DNA from: Pseudomonadota bacterium
GTDB taxonomy: Bacteria; Bdellovibrionota_B; Oligoflexia; Oligoflexales; CAIYRB01
Length of the DNA stretch: 64,000 nucleotides
Assembly: GCA_031416315.1 (NCBI GenBank)
Contig: JANOTL010000073.1
Coordinates: 1 to 64,000, forward strand
Direction of reading: 5' to 3'
The stretch's first letter is position 1; each line of letters starts with the position of its first letter. Both the position numbers and the translations under genes were made by a program. The notes below the pieces were generated by a model. It worked only from the letters and a program-made list of their open reading frames with translations. It had not been told where the DNA came from and made no database searches. Positions 37,276-46,495 of the stretch are shown in pieces.

Positions 37276-40119
37276 ATGAGCCGCTACGCCGTCGGCATCG
37301 ACCTCGGAACGACCAACTGCGCGCTCGCTTACGTCGATCTCACGGCGCCGGAAGGCGCGCGCGGGGCTCGCGCGCTCGACATTCTCCAGTGGGAAGCGGC
37401 GGGCGCGACGATCGAGGCGCCGACGCTTCCATCATTCATCTGGCTGGCGCCAAAAGCCGAGTGGAAAAAGGGGCAGCTCGCCCTGCCCTTCGCGACCTGG
37501 CGCTTTCCGCAACCGGCGCCCGGCGGCGCGACGCCGCAGGATCCGCCCGACTACGCCGTCGGTCGGTGGGCGCGGCAACAAGCGAGTCTCATGCCCGGCC
37601 GCGTCGTGCATTCGGCAAAATCCTGGCTTTGCCACGGCGGCGTCGACCGTGAAGCGCGCACTTTGCCTTGGTCCTCCGACGACGTGATCGGCGCCGAGCG
37701 CCGCGCGCCGATCGAGGCCGCCGCCGCGTTCCTGGCGCATCTCGCCGCCGTCTGGAACCACGAGATGGCAGCGGGCGGCGCGGAAGCACGGCTCGCGGCC
37801 CAAGATGTCACCATCACCGTGCCGGCCTCCTTCGACGAGGCGGCGCAACGCTTGACCCTCGAGGCCGCGGAGCTCGCCGGCTTCTCGCGCGCGCGACTGC
37901 GGCTTCTGGAGGAGCCACAAGCCGCGTTTTATCATTGGCTCGCCCGCCGCGGGAGCGAGGCCGAGGCCATCGCAGCGGGCGAGACCGTGCTCGTCTGCGA
38001 CGTCGGCGGCGGCACCACGGATTTCAGCTTGTTCGAGGGGGACGCGAAGGGCGGCGTCGAGCGCGTGGCCGTGAGCCAGCATCTGCTGCTCGGCGGGGAC
38101 AACCTCGATCTGGCCGTGGCGCATCTCTTGGAGCCGCGCCTCGCGGGCGCGGGGAAAAAGCTGTCGTCACGGCAATGGGCGCAACTCGGCGCGGCGGCGC
38201 GCGGCTTGAAAGAGAAGGCCCTGACCGAGGTGGAGACCGGCTCGGCGGAATCGCCGGAGTATCACGTCGCCGTCGCAAGCGAAGGGTCGGGGCTTTTCGC
38301 CGGCACCCTGAGCGCGAAGGTCGGCGCACAGGAGATTGTCGCGCTGATCACGAGCGGTTTTTTCCCGGATTGCGCCCGCGATGCGCGGCCGGCCGAGCGC
38401 CGCGCCGGCTTGAGCGACCTCGGCCTGCCGTACGCGGCCGACGCCGCCGTCTCGCGGCAGCTGGCGGGCTTTCTCGCCGGCCGAGCGGTCGACGCGGTGC
38501 TGTTCGCCGGCGGCACGATGAAGCCGCGCTTTTTGCGGGAGCGCATCGTGTCGCTGCTGACGGAGTGGCAAGGGCGCGCGCCGCGGATCCTGGAGCACGG
38601 AGATTTGGACCTCGCCGTCGCCCTCGGCGCCGCGCATGCCGGCGGATTGCGGGCGGCGAAGGCGCAAGCTTTAGCGCCAGTCGCCGCCTCCCCTCGCCCC
38701 GCGTCCCCCGACGCTCGGCTCATTTCCGGCGGTTATCCCCGCTCTCTCTACGTCGCCGTCGCGACGCCCGGAGACCTGTCCGCGCACCGACTGGTCTGCA
38801 TCGTTCCGCAAGGCCTGGAATCCGGGGATCCCGTCGCCGTCGCCACCATCGGTCCCGAAGCCGCGAAGTTGAAGGTGCGCCTCGGGCGCCCGGTGCGTTT
38901 CCAGCTCTATTCCTCGACGCGCCGCCTCGGCGATCGTCCGGGGGCGCTCCTCGTGCTCGAAGCCGATGCCTTTCATCCCTTGCCGCCGCTGACGACGATG
39001 CTCGCCGACGCGGGAGGCCAAGAGACCTTGGTCGAAGCCCGTCTCGAGGCGAGCTTGACCGAGACCGGCCTGCTCGACCTCCACCTCGCCACCGAATCCC
39101 AGCGCTGGCAGCTCTCTTTCGACGTGCGCCACGCGACGCACGCGCCGACGGCCACGACGACCTCGACCACGGCCGGGACGCCCGCCGTATCCGAAGAGAA
39201 GCTGAAAGCATCGGTCGCCCGTATCGAAGCGGCCTTCGGCAAGAAAAAGCCCGATCCGGCGGCGAAGGAGAATCCCAAGGCTTTGGTGAAGGAGCTGGAA
39301 GAGCTTCTCGATCAACCGAGAGAGCGCTGGGACGGCGCCTTCCTGCGCTCCCTCTGGCCGGCGATCGAGCCCGGCCTGACGCGTCGCGGCCGCTCGGTCG
39401 CGCACGAGGCGAGCTGGCTTTCCCTCGCGGGCTACGCGCTGCGCCCGGGCTACGGTTTCGACCTCGACGAATGGCGCGTCTCCGAGCTTTGGCGTGCCTA
39501 TCAGATGGGCATGAGCTTCCCGAAAGAGCGGCAGGTCGAGGACCAGTGGTGGATCATGTGGCGTCGCGTCGCCGGCGGCCTCGGCCGCGCCGAGCAGGAG
39601 AAGATCTACGACAAGATCTTTCCGGCCCTGCGCCAAGGCGAGACGGCGTCCTCCGAGCTCTACATGCTCGCCGCCTCGCTCGAGCGCGTCGACATGGGCC
39701 GCCGCGTGCGTCTCGGAAATCAGCTCGCGCAGCAGCTCGCTGCCGGCCGCAAGCAGTACTTCGACCAAAGGGCCTGGGCCCTGGCGCGCATCGCGAGCCG
39801 CGTGCCGCTATACGGCGGCGCCGAGGCCATCGTGCGCCCGAAGTTCGTCGAAGAATGGTTCACCATGTTGCGTCCGCTCAGCATGAAGGATGCGTCGTTC
39901 GCGAAGCTTGCGATGTTCTACGCGCAGGCGGCGCGTCTCCTCGGCGATCGCGAGCTCGACCTTCCGGACGCGCTACGTGCCGAGGCGCAAGATCGGCTGC
40001 GTCTGTTGAAGGCTCCGGAGGACTTGATTCGCGCGACGAAAGAGCGGGTCGAGGTCGATCTCGACACCAAAGCGCGGCTCTTTGGCGAATCTTTGCCGTC
40101 CGGGCTCGTCTTGGCCTAG
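37276..40119 (+). CDS. Hsp70-family ATPase with C-terminal DUF3731-like helical domain
   Basis: Same ATPase motifs; C-terminal HEASWLSLAGYALRPGYG..LDEWR, WWIMWRRVAGGL, FGESLPSGL. Confidence 0.9.
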   Translation: MSRYAVGIDLGTTNCALAYVDLTAPEGARGARALDILQWEAAGATIEAPTLPSFIWLAPKAEWKKGQLALPFATWRFPQPAPGGATPQDPPDYAVGRWARQQASLMPGRVVHSAKSWLCHGGVDREARTLPWSSDDVIGAERRAPIEAAAAFLAHLAAVWNHEMAAGGAEARLAAQDVTITVPASFDEAAQRLTLEAAELAGFSRARLRLLEEPQAAFYHWLARRGSEAEAIAAGETVLVCDVGGGTTDFSLFEGDAKGGVERVAVSQHLLLGGDNLDLAVAHLLEPRLAGAGKKLSSRQWAQLGAAARGLKEKALTEVETGSAESPEYHVAVASEGSGLFAGTLSAKVGAQEIVALITSGFFPDCARDARPAERRAGLSDLGLPYAADAAVSRQLAGFLAGRAVDAVLFAGGTMKPRFLRERIVSLLTEWQGRAPRILEHGDLDLAVALGAAHAGGLRAAKAQALAPVAASPRPASPDARLISGGYPRSLYVAVATPGDLSAHRLVCIVPQGLESGDPVAVATIGPEAAKLKVRLGRPVRFQLYSSTRRLGDRPGALLVLEADAFHPLPPLTTMLADAGGQETLVEARLEASLTETGLLDLHLATESQRWQLSFDVRHATHAPTATTTSTTAGTPAVSEEKLKASVARIEAAFGKKKPDPAAKENPKALVKELEELLDQPRERWDGAFLRSLWPAIEPGLTRRGRSVAHEASWLSLAGYALRPGYGFDLDEWRVSELWRAYQMGMSFPKERQVEDQWWIMWRRVAGGLGRAEQEKIYDKIFPALRQGETASSELYMLAASLERVDMGRRVRLGNQLAQQLAAGRKQYFDQRAWALARIASRVPLYGGAEAIVRPKFVEEWFTMLRPLSMKDASFAKLAMFYAQAARLLGDRELDLPDALRAEAQDRLRLLKAPEDLIRATKERVEVDLDTKARLFGESLPSGLVLA

Positions 40120-40355
40120 TTCATGCCCCGAGCTTCTGACGCGCTCGACATCCTTCAGAAGGCTTCGAGGTTGTTGGCGGAGAGAAGTGCTTTCCGCAGA
40201 TGCACATCGAGCTGAGCGAGCGCCACGAGCGTGTGCTGGTAATGACCTAAGCGGCGCGTTTACTGCTACACCCCTGATTCTTCAGCAGATTTCCAGGCGG
40301 ATTCGGCAGTCGACGACATCCGCCGATATCCTCCTAAGGTCGAAGGAGCCCACCG

Positions 40356-42617
40356 ATGCGTCGGACCGCCATTAAAGCTGCCATCGCCGTTCTCTGCCTC
40401 ACTCTGGGATGTCAACCGGTCGAGCCGAATCCGCCGGCGCCGGTCGGCGACGAGCCCGACCATCCGCCGCCAGCGCCGCTCGGGCAAACGACCGAGAGGC
40501 CGCCGCCGCTGGAGTCCGGCGTGTCCGGCGCGTTCGAGGACAACGGCATCACGTACCTGAAGGACGCGAAGGCGATCCTCGATGCCAAGTGCGCCAATTG
40601 CCATGGGGTGCCGGCTGCGGGCGGCTCGCCGGCGACCTTCCGCCTCGACCGCTACGAGACTGCCGACTTGCCGGGTGCGTTCTCGAAGGCTGCGAGCGTC
40701 GCGGCACGCGTCGAGGCGGGCACGATGCCACAGGCCGGCTCGCCGGCGCTCACCGACGCCGAGAAGCGGACCTTGCTCGACTGGGTCCGGGGAGGCGCCA
40801 AGCAGGGTACGGAGACGGAGCCGCCGAATCCGAGCGTGACCCTCGTCATGCCGTCGGCCGCTCGCGAGACGCCGCAGAGCGGCACTTACGCCGTGCAGGT
40901 GACGCTGGCGAACTACCCGGAGGGAGCGACCTACGATCTCTATCGCACAACGACCAACGGCACCGTGACCGGCGGCACGCTAGTCGCGACCGGGCTGAGC
41001 GACGCGACCTACATCTGGTCCACGCAGGGGCTACCGGCCGGCGAGCAGTTCTTCTATGTCATCGCGCACGCGCCGGGCCTTGCGGATGCGAGCGCCGCCT
41101 CAGCGGGGAGCGTGCTGGTGTCTGACAACGTCTCGCCGTCGGTGGCGCTGACCGGCGTGTGGAACGGCGACGGCGCCGTTCTCGCAGCGGCTAACGCCCG
41201 CGTCACGTTCAGCGCGACCGATCCGCAGGGGCAGGCGCTTGCAGTGGCGATCGAGCTTAGCGCTGACGGCGGCATCAACTGGTCGGCGCTACCGTGCCTG
41301 AACGCCTCAAGCAGCGGCTGCGACCTCGATCTGACGGGGCGAGGCGAAGGCTCTGCACAGCGCATCCGCGTCACCGTAAAGGATCCGGACGACTTTTCGG
41401 GCATTGCCGCTTCCGCGTCGAGCTTCGGTATCGCGGCGAAGACCTATACCTACCTTGGCGAGATCGAGCCGATGCTGGACGCCAGCGGCTCTTGCAAGCC
41501 GTGCCACTCGAGCGGCGGCAGCAGCGCCGGGAGCTTCCGTTGGGACTCCTATGGCGGCACGGTCGGCGCTTTCATGTTGAAAGACCGCGCGCGGATCCGT
41601 ACGCAGGAAGGCACGATGCCGCAGGTGGGGTCTGGAATCACGATGAGCGCCGCCAACAAGACGATGCTGGCGTTGTGGGCCTGGCAGGGCGGCGCGGAGG
41701 GCACGAACCAGCCGCCGACGGCCACGCTCGCGGCTCTGTGGAACGGCGGGCAGACGGTCACGGGAACCAACACTGGCACGATCACGTACACGGTCAGCGA
41801 TCCCGACGGCGATCCCGTGACGGTCTCCAAGGTCGAGTTCAGCAGCAACAGCGGCGCGACCTGGACACAAATCGCGTGCACGCCGACCACGACGCAATGC
41901 GCCTGGAACGCCACGCCGGCCAACGGGTCGACGTACCGGATTCGCCTGACTTTGGCCGACGACCGCAGCGGCTCGGCCGTCGTCGCCTCGGCGAGTAACT
42001 TCACGCTCAGCGTCGGCGCCCCGAACAGCCCGCCGACTGCAGCGCTCACCGGGTTCTGGGACCAGGGCGGCGACGACCGTACCGCGGCGGACACCGGCTC
42101 GATCACCTATACGACCTCGGATCCGGACGGCGACCCCTTGACCGTCACCGTGAAGTACAGCGCCGACAGCGGCGCCACTTGGACCACGGTGACGTGCGCC
42201 AACGGCGCGAACAATCCGACCACGTGCAGCTGGAACGCGCCGGTGCCGGCGACGATCCCCGAAGGGGACGGCTACCGGGTGCGGGTGATCGTCAACGACG
42301 GCGTCAACGCCGATGTCTCGGACACGACGCTCAACGATGCAGGGCTGACGATTACGGCTTACACCTACACGGGCCAAATCCGAGCCGCGCTGCTTACGTA
42401 TTGCAGCTCTTGCCATGGCGTCGGCGACGGTCGCTTTCAGCCCGACATGTATACCAACGGGGGCCTCGGCGCGTTCGACAAGCGGAACAGCAGCGTGCAG
42501 CGAATCTACGGCAACGGCAACGGCCCCATGCCGCCAGGCGGTGGCTGGAGCACCACGGCGCAGAAGGCGGACCGAACCAAGATCCGCCTTTGGATCTGGC
42601 AAGGTGCCGTGAACTGA
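40356..42617 (+). CDS. Triheme c-type cytochrome lipoprotein with interspersed Ig-like domains
   Basis: Lipobox LGC; CANCH (40590), CKPCH (41493), CSSCH (42402), each with a distal MP and W..xG; repeated NxPP..DPDGD..S.xxG..W domains. Confidence 0.82.
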   Translation: MRRTAIKAAIAVLCLTLGCQPVEPNPPAPVGDEPDHPPPAPLGQTTERPPPLESGVSGAFEDNGITYLKDAKAILDAKCANCHGVPAAGGSPATFRLDRYETADLPGAFSKAASVAARVEAGTMPQAGSPALTDAEKRTLLDWVRGGAKQGTETEPPNPSVTLVMPSAARETPQSGTYAVQVTLANYPEGATYDLYRTTTNGTVTGGTLVATGLSDATYIWSTQGLPAGEQFFYVIAHAPGLADASAASAGSVLVSDNVSPSVALTGVWNGDGAVLAAANARVTFSATDPQGQALAVAIELSADGGINWSALPCLNASSSGCDLDLTGRGEGSAQRIRVTVKDPDDFSGIAASASSFGIAAKTYTYLGEIEPMLDASGSCKPCHSSGGSSAGSFRWDSYGGTVGAFMLKDRARIRTQEGTMPQVGSGITMSAANKTMLALWAWQGGAEGTNQPPTATLAALWNGGQTVTGTNTGTITYTVSDPDGDPVTVSKVEFSSNSGATWTQIACTPTTTQCAWNATPANGSTYRIRLTLADDRSGSAVVASASNFTLSVGAPNSPPTAALTGFWDQGGDDRTAADTGSITYTTSDPDGDPLTVTVKYSADSGATWTTVTCANGANNPTTCSWNAPVPATIPEGDGYRVRVIVNDGVNADVSDTTLNDAGLTITAYTYTGQIRAALLTYCSSCHGVGDGRFQPDMYTNGGLGAFDKRNSSVQRIYGNGNGPMPPGGGWSTTAQKADRTKIRLWIWQGAVN

Positions 42618-42650
42618 ACGGCGAAGGGTCGGGACTCGCCAGTCTCGAGG

Positions 42651-43035
42651 TCAAGCTGCGTTTCGACGACGGGGTCGCGCCGTGCGCTCGCCCTTACGCG
42701 AGTCGACAGGGACAGTTGAGGGACAGTTGGAGTCCGAAAGCGCAAAACGGCCGCCCCGAGGGCTCTCGGGAAAGACGTGGGCGGCGATCTCGGAGATCGA
42801 CGTCGTGCCGAGCTGCTCGATCTCGACGTCAAACCAGTCGTCGAACGGAACAAATCGGTTCAACAGCGTCAGCGCCATTAGCCCATTGGAGAAGTCGCTT
42901 TCTCCAAACCAAACGGCACACCCGACGCTTCAATGGCATGTCGTTGCAGCGCGAAGTCACGTCGAAAGCAATCAAGGAGCTATGCCTTTCGACTATGGCC
43001 TTGGCCTCGATATTGAGTCTCTGCGAACGCAACAT
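42651..43035 (-). pseudogene. Possible frameshifted gene remnant
   Basis: Two protein-like minus-strand segments in different frames (..LIAFDVTSRCNDMPL / SVGCAVWFGESDFSNGLMALTLLNRFVPFDDWFD..); no family recognised. Confidence 0.2.
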
Positions 43036-43090
43036 TTCGATATTAAAGTATTTTATGCGACTCGCCCTCGGCGAGTCTGAGATTCGTTGT

Positions 43091-43119
43091 TTGAATAATA
43101 CCCCCATTAGGGGTACAAG
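43091..43119 (+). promoter_or_regulatory. Putative sigma70 promoter with palindromic operator for the TA operon
   Basis: TTGAAT-N17-TACAAG containing TACCCC-N5-GGGGTA (43099-43115); GGAGG RBS downstream. Confidence 0.55.
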
Positions 43120-43137
43120 TGATTCGGGAGGTGCCGG

Positions 43138-43419
43138 GTGATTCGGAGAGTCGCGATCAGCCGAGGCGCCAAGCGCGACCTCCTACGAGTTCCGACCCAC
43201 ATCGCGGTCAAGCTCCTCGCATGGGCCAAACGCGTCGAAAAAGTCGGACTCGAGGAGGTTCGAAAGTGCAAGGGCTACCACGACGAGCCGCTGCGCGGAG
43301 AGCGACATGGGCAGAGGTCGATTCGACTGAGCCGCTCGTATAGAGCGATCTACGTTATTGAGCGCGACGGGACGATTGAGTTCGTTAGTGTCGAGGAGGT
43401 CAATAAGCATGAGTACTAA
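43138..43419 (+). CDS. RelE/HigB-like mRNA interferase toxin
   Basis: 93 aa, basic; GYHDEPLRGER.GQRSIRLS.SYRAIY. Confidence 0.85.
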   Translation: MIRRVAISRGAKRDLLRVPTHIAVKLLAWAKRVEKVGLEEVRKCKGYHDEPLRGERHGQRSIRLSRSYRAIYVIERDGTIEFVSVEEVNKHEY

Positions 43420-43726
43420 GACCCGCAAAAGCGATGCCGTGCGTTTCCTCGAAAAGCTTGCCGGGGGGCCATTGACGTTTGGGCGGATGCTGCGCTCGAT
43501 TCGCCTCGGCGAGGAGCTGAGTCAGACCGATTTTGCAGGACGCCTCGGCGTATCCAAGGCGCATCTCTGTGACATTGAGAAGGGGCGTCGAACGGTTGGA
43601 CCTGCGCGTGCGTGGGCATGGGGAAAGAAACTCGGTTACCCGCCTGAGCAATTCGTTGAGCTGGCCTTGGAGGCGAGCCTGGCGAACGATGGCTTGAAGT
43701 ACAAAGTGAAGCTTGAGGTCGCTTGA
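43409..43726 (+). CDS. XRE/HigA-like HTH antitoxin
   Basis: LSQTDFAGRLGVSKAHLCDIEKGRR; overlaps the toxin stop; toxin-first order. Confidence 0.85.
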   Translation: MSTKTRKSDAVRFLEKLAGGPLTFGRMLRSIRLGEELSQTDFAGRLGVSKAHLCDIEKGRRTVGPARAWAWGKKLGYPPEQFVELALEASLANDGLKYKVKLEVA

Positions 43727-43920
43727 TTCGTCTCAAGCCAATCAGGTTCTCCGCCAGTTCGGCGGTCCAGAGATGCTGATCGAGGCTTGATAATCCTCTT
43801 TTCCGTCTGGCGCGACGATCGTAGAAATCAGGCCTCTGAGTTTTGCCTGACGAACAACGGGTCTGACGCGTCCGGTTACTAAGAGTTCAATCCGCTCGGA
43901 TTTCATGACGAGTCGTCCGA

Positions 43921-44361
43921 CTAGTCCGCGGCAAGCGACAAAGGCAGCTCATCCGAGTAAACGACCTCGAACTGCGCCCGATCCAGCACGACGCTGGGCA
44001 CGACGTCGACGCGCACGCCCTCTGCATCGCGGCGAAAAAGCGGGCCCGAGATCTGCGCGGCGCCGGCCAGCTCGCCAATGCTCACCGGATCGAGCAAGAG
44101 GATGAAGGTCTGCTCCGGATACGCGGCCCTCGCCGCGAGGTACGCCCTGCGGACCGAGGCCGAAAGCTTCAGGCGCACGATCACCTGAAAGTTGTGCGGC
44201 ACCTTGTAGACGAGATGCGAGGCGAAGATCTCCTTGGTCCCGTGGAGAATCATGTTGTGCCGCGCGTGGTGTGCGTGGTCATCGGCCTGCGCGAGCGGGG
44301 CGATGACGAGCATGGCTAGGGCTAGGGCTAGGGCTAGGGCTAGGACGAGGCGCTTGAGCAT
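43921..44361 (-). CDS. Secreted His-rich hypothetical protein
   Basis: AAGGA RBS; signal peptide ending AQA; DDHAHH, HNM, SHL..PHNFQ. Confidence 0.75.
   Translation of the reverse strand: MLKRLVLALALALALAMLVIAPLAQADDHAHHARHNMILHGTKEIFASHLVYKVPHNFQVIVRLKLSASVRRAYLAARAAYPEQTFILLLDPVSIGELAGAAQISGPLFRRDAEGVRVDVVPSVVLDRAQFEVVYSDELPLSLAAD
44315..44344. repeat. (GCTAGG)5 perfect hexamer repeat
   Basis: Read directly; encodes (Leu-Ala)n in the signal peptide. Confidence 0.9.
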
Positions 44362-44550
44362 AATGTTTCCTTTGTGCATTGGCGTTTGGGGCCAAGCGCA
44401 AAATAGCGCTCACGTGCGCGGCGCGGTATTGCGAAGCTCGCAGGGCCGGGCCTGCACTCCTTGCAGCGCAGGGTATTCAGCCGTTCCAAGCCAGATGCAC
44501 GACGGTCTTGTCGTCAGCCGAGTTTTAGGGGTGGAGCCTCAGTCGCTCAC

Positions 44551-45477
44551 TCAGAGGTCAATCGCAAGAACGAGCTTGCCGCGAACGTGGCGCTTTTGAT
44601 TTTCATCTTGGGCCGCGGCCGCGTCCTTCACGCTGCGCAGTGCTATGGCCGGCGAGGCCAGCTTGCCCTCGTCGAATAGTCGCGCGATTTCGGCGAGCTG
44701 CACGCCGTTGGGGTAAACGAAATGGTAGCTGCCGACCGCCGGCGTCTCGACGATGCTGACGAGACGTCCCCCGGCTTTCAAAAGGCTCGTCGCATCGAGC
44801 AGCGCTTTGCCGCCAGCGCCGTCGAGGACCACGTCGAAGCCTTCGGAGGCGATGCGTCGCCCGGCTTGGACGACGTCTTCCCTCGTATAATCGAGGGTGT
44901 GCGTTGCGCCGAGCTCGCGCACGTAGCTCTGATTCGCGGTGCCAGCGGTGGTGGTCACGACGGCGCCGGCGAGCTTGGCGAACTGGATGGCGAAGCTGCC
45001 GACGCCGCCCGAGCCCGCAGTGACGAGGACCTGGTCGCCGGCTTTGATTCCCGCCACTTCATGGAGCGCTTGATAGGCCGTGAGGGCCACGAGCGGCACG
45101 GCGGCGGCTTCGGCGAGGCCGAGGCTCGCCGGCTTTTTCGCGACCGCGGCGGCGGGCAGCGCGATGAACTGCGCGTAGGTGCCCGAGTGGACCTCAGGGA
45201 GGCGTGTGTACGCGTAAACCTCGTCTCCGACGCGAAATTCGGTAACGCCCGAGCCCAGCGCGGCGATGCGGCCGGCGGCGTCCCAGCCTGGAATGATCGG
45301 GAAACGGTGCGGCAGCGCGTTTTGCAGGTAGCCCTCGCGGATCTTCCAATCGACCGGATTCACGGAGGTGTGGGTGATCTCGATCAGGACCTCGCCGGCG
45401 CGCGGCTCGGGCTTGGGCGTCTCGGCGGTGCGCAGGACCGTGGAGGGTCCGAATTTCTCGAAGATGATCGCTTGCAT
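44551..45477 (-). CDS. NADP-dependent MDR/quinone-type oxidoreductase
   Basis: SVNPVDWK, PGWDAAG, AGSGGVGSFAIQ, RGKLVL. Confidence 0.92.
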   Translation of the reverse strand: MQAIIFEKFGPSTVLRTAETPKPEPRAGEVLIEITHTSVNPVDWKIREGYLQNALPHRFPIIPGWDAAGRIAALGSGVTEFRVGDEVYAYTRLPEVHSGTYAQFIALPAAAVAKKPASLGLAEAAAVPLVALTAYQALHEVAGIKAGDQVLVTAGSGGVGSFAIQFAKLAGAVVTTTAGTANQSYVRELGATHTLDYTREDVVQAGRRIASEGFDVVLDGAGGKALLDATSLLKAGGRLVSIVETPAVGSYHFVYPNGVQLAEIARLFDEGKLASPAIALRSVKDAAAAQDENQKRHVRGKLVLAIDL

Positions 45478-45552
45478 GGGGGTGACTCCGTTTGTTTGCG
45501 GCGCTTTTGCGCTTTGCCTCCGCACTATGCGGTTTCGGCGCTACAATGAGAA

Positions 45553-45589
45553 ATGAATTGCTTTCATCGGAGCCATTCGCATCGCGAAT
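45553..45589. promoter_or_regulatory. Two LysR-type T-N11-A boxes
   Basis: ATGAA-N5-TTCAT (45553-45567) and ATTCGC-ATC-GCGAAT (45575-45589) between the divergent oxidoreductase and LysR genes. Confidence 0.65.
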
Positions 45590-46495
45590 TTACGCAGTAA
45601 AGATCTGAATTTATTGATGGTATTCGAGGCGCTGCTCGCCGAGCGCAACGTCACCCGCGCGGCGCGGCGTTTGGCTTTGAGCCAGCCGGCCTTGAGCCAT
45701 GCGCTCGCGCGCCTGCGCCGGGATTTCGGCGACGATCTGTTCGTGCGGGCCGGCAAGGGCGTGACGCCGACGCCGCGCGCCTTAGCGGTCGCGGACGAGG
45801 TCGCGCGAGCGGTCGCGAGCTTGCAGCACCTTTACGGCGACGGCGCGGCCGCCTTCTCGCCGGCAGCGGCGCGCGGGACGATCACGATCGCGACCACGGA
45901 TTTCTTCGAGCAGCTCCTCTTGCCGCGGCTTCTGCCTTACCTTGCGCAAAACGCGCCAGGGCTGACGGCGATCTTTCGCCCGACGGGCGGCGAGCTGCCG
46001 AAGGCCGCGCTCGAGAGCGGGACCTTAGACCTCGCCGTCGCCGGCTTCTACGGCGAGCTGCCGGAGGGCTTTCACCAGCGCGTGTTTTGCGAGGAGACGT
46101 ATTCCTGCGTCGTGCGCCGCGACCATCCCGTGGTGCAGGAAAAGCTGAGTTTGGCGACGTTCCTGAAGCTCGGCCACCTCCTCGTGTCGCCGCAAGGCGA
46201 TCTCGCCGGAGTGGTCGATCGCGAGCTCGCGCAGCGCGGCTTGGCGCGTCGGATCGTCGCCGGAGTCTCGGGCTTTCACACGCCCGCCGCGGTGATCGCC
46301 GGCTCCGATTTGATCGTGACGATCCCGACGCGGCTCGCGAAAGAGCTGGCGAAGTTCTATCCCCTGCGCTGCCTGCCGCCGCCTCTGCCGCTGCCCGGCT
46401 TCCGCTTGACCGGCGTCTGGCACGAGCGCACGCATCGCGACGGTCAACATCGTTGGCTCCGCGCCACGGTCGCTAAGGTGCTCGAAGGCGCTTGA
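45581..46495 (+). CDS. LysR-family transcriptional regulator (start uncertain; first canonical codon at 45614)
   Basis: NLRSKDLNLLMVFEALLAERNVTRAARRLALSQPALSHAL HTH plus substrate-binding domain. Confidence 0.92.
   Translation: MANLRSKDLNLLMVFEALLAERNVTRAARRLALSQPALSHALARLRRDFGDDLFVRAGKGVTPTPRALAVADEVARAVASLQHLYGDGAAAFSPAAARGTITIATTDFFEQLLLPRLLPYLAQNAPGLTAIFRPTGGELPKAALESGTLDLAVAGFYGELPEGFHQRVFCEETYSCVVRRDHPVVQEKLSLATFLKLGHLLVSPQGDLAGVVDRELAQRGLARRIVAGVSGFHTPAAVIAGSDLIVTIPTRLAKELAKFYPLRCLPPPLPLPGFRLTGVWHERTHRDGQHRWLRATVAKVLEGA

Noticed and set aside
35454..40119. dnaK or hscA assignment
   Set aside because: They lack the canonical substrate-binding domain and the dnaJ/grpE/isc context
40120..40355. 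Possible small gene or remnant after the Hsp70 operon
   Set aside because: Only short frames, no RBS or recognisable motif
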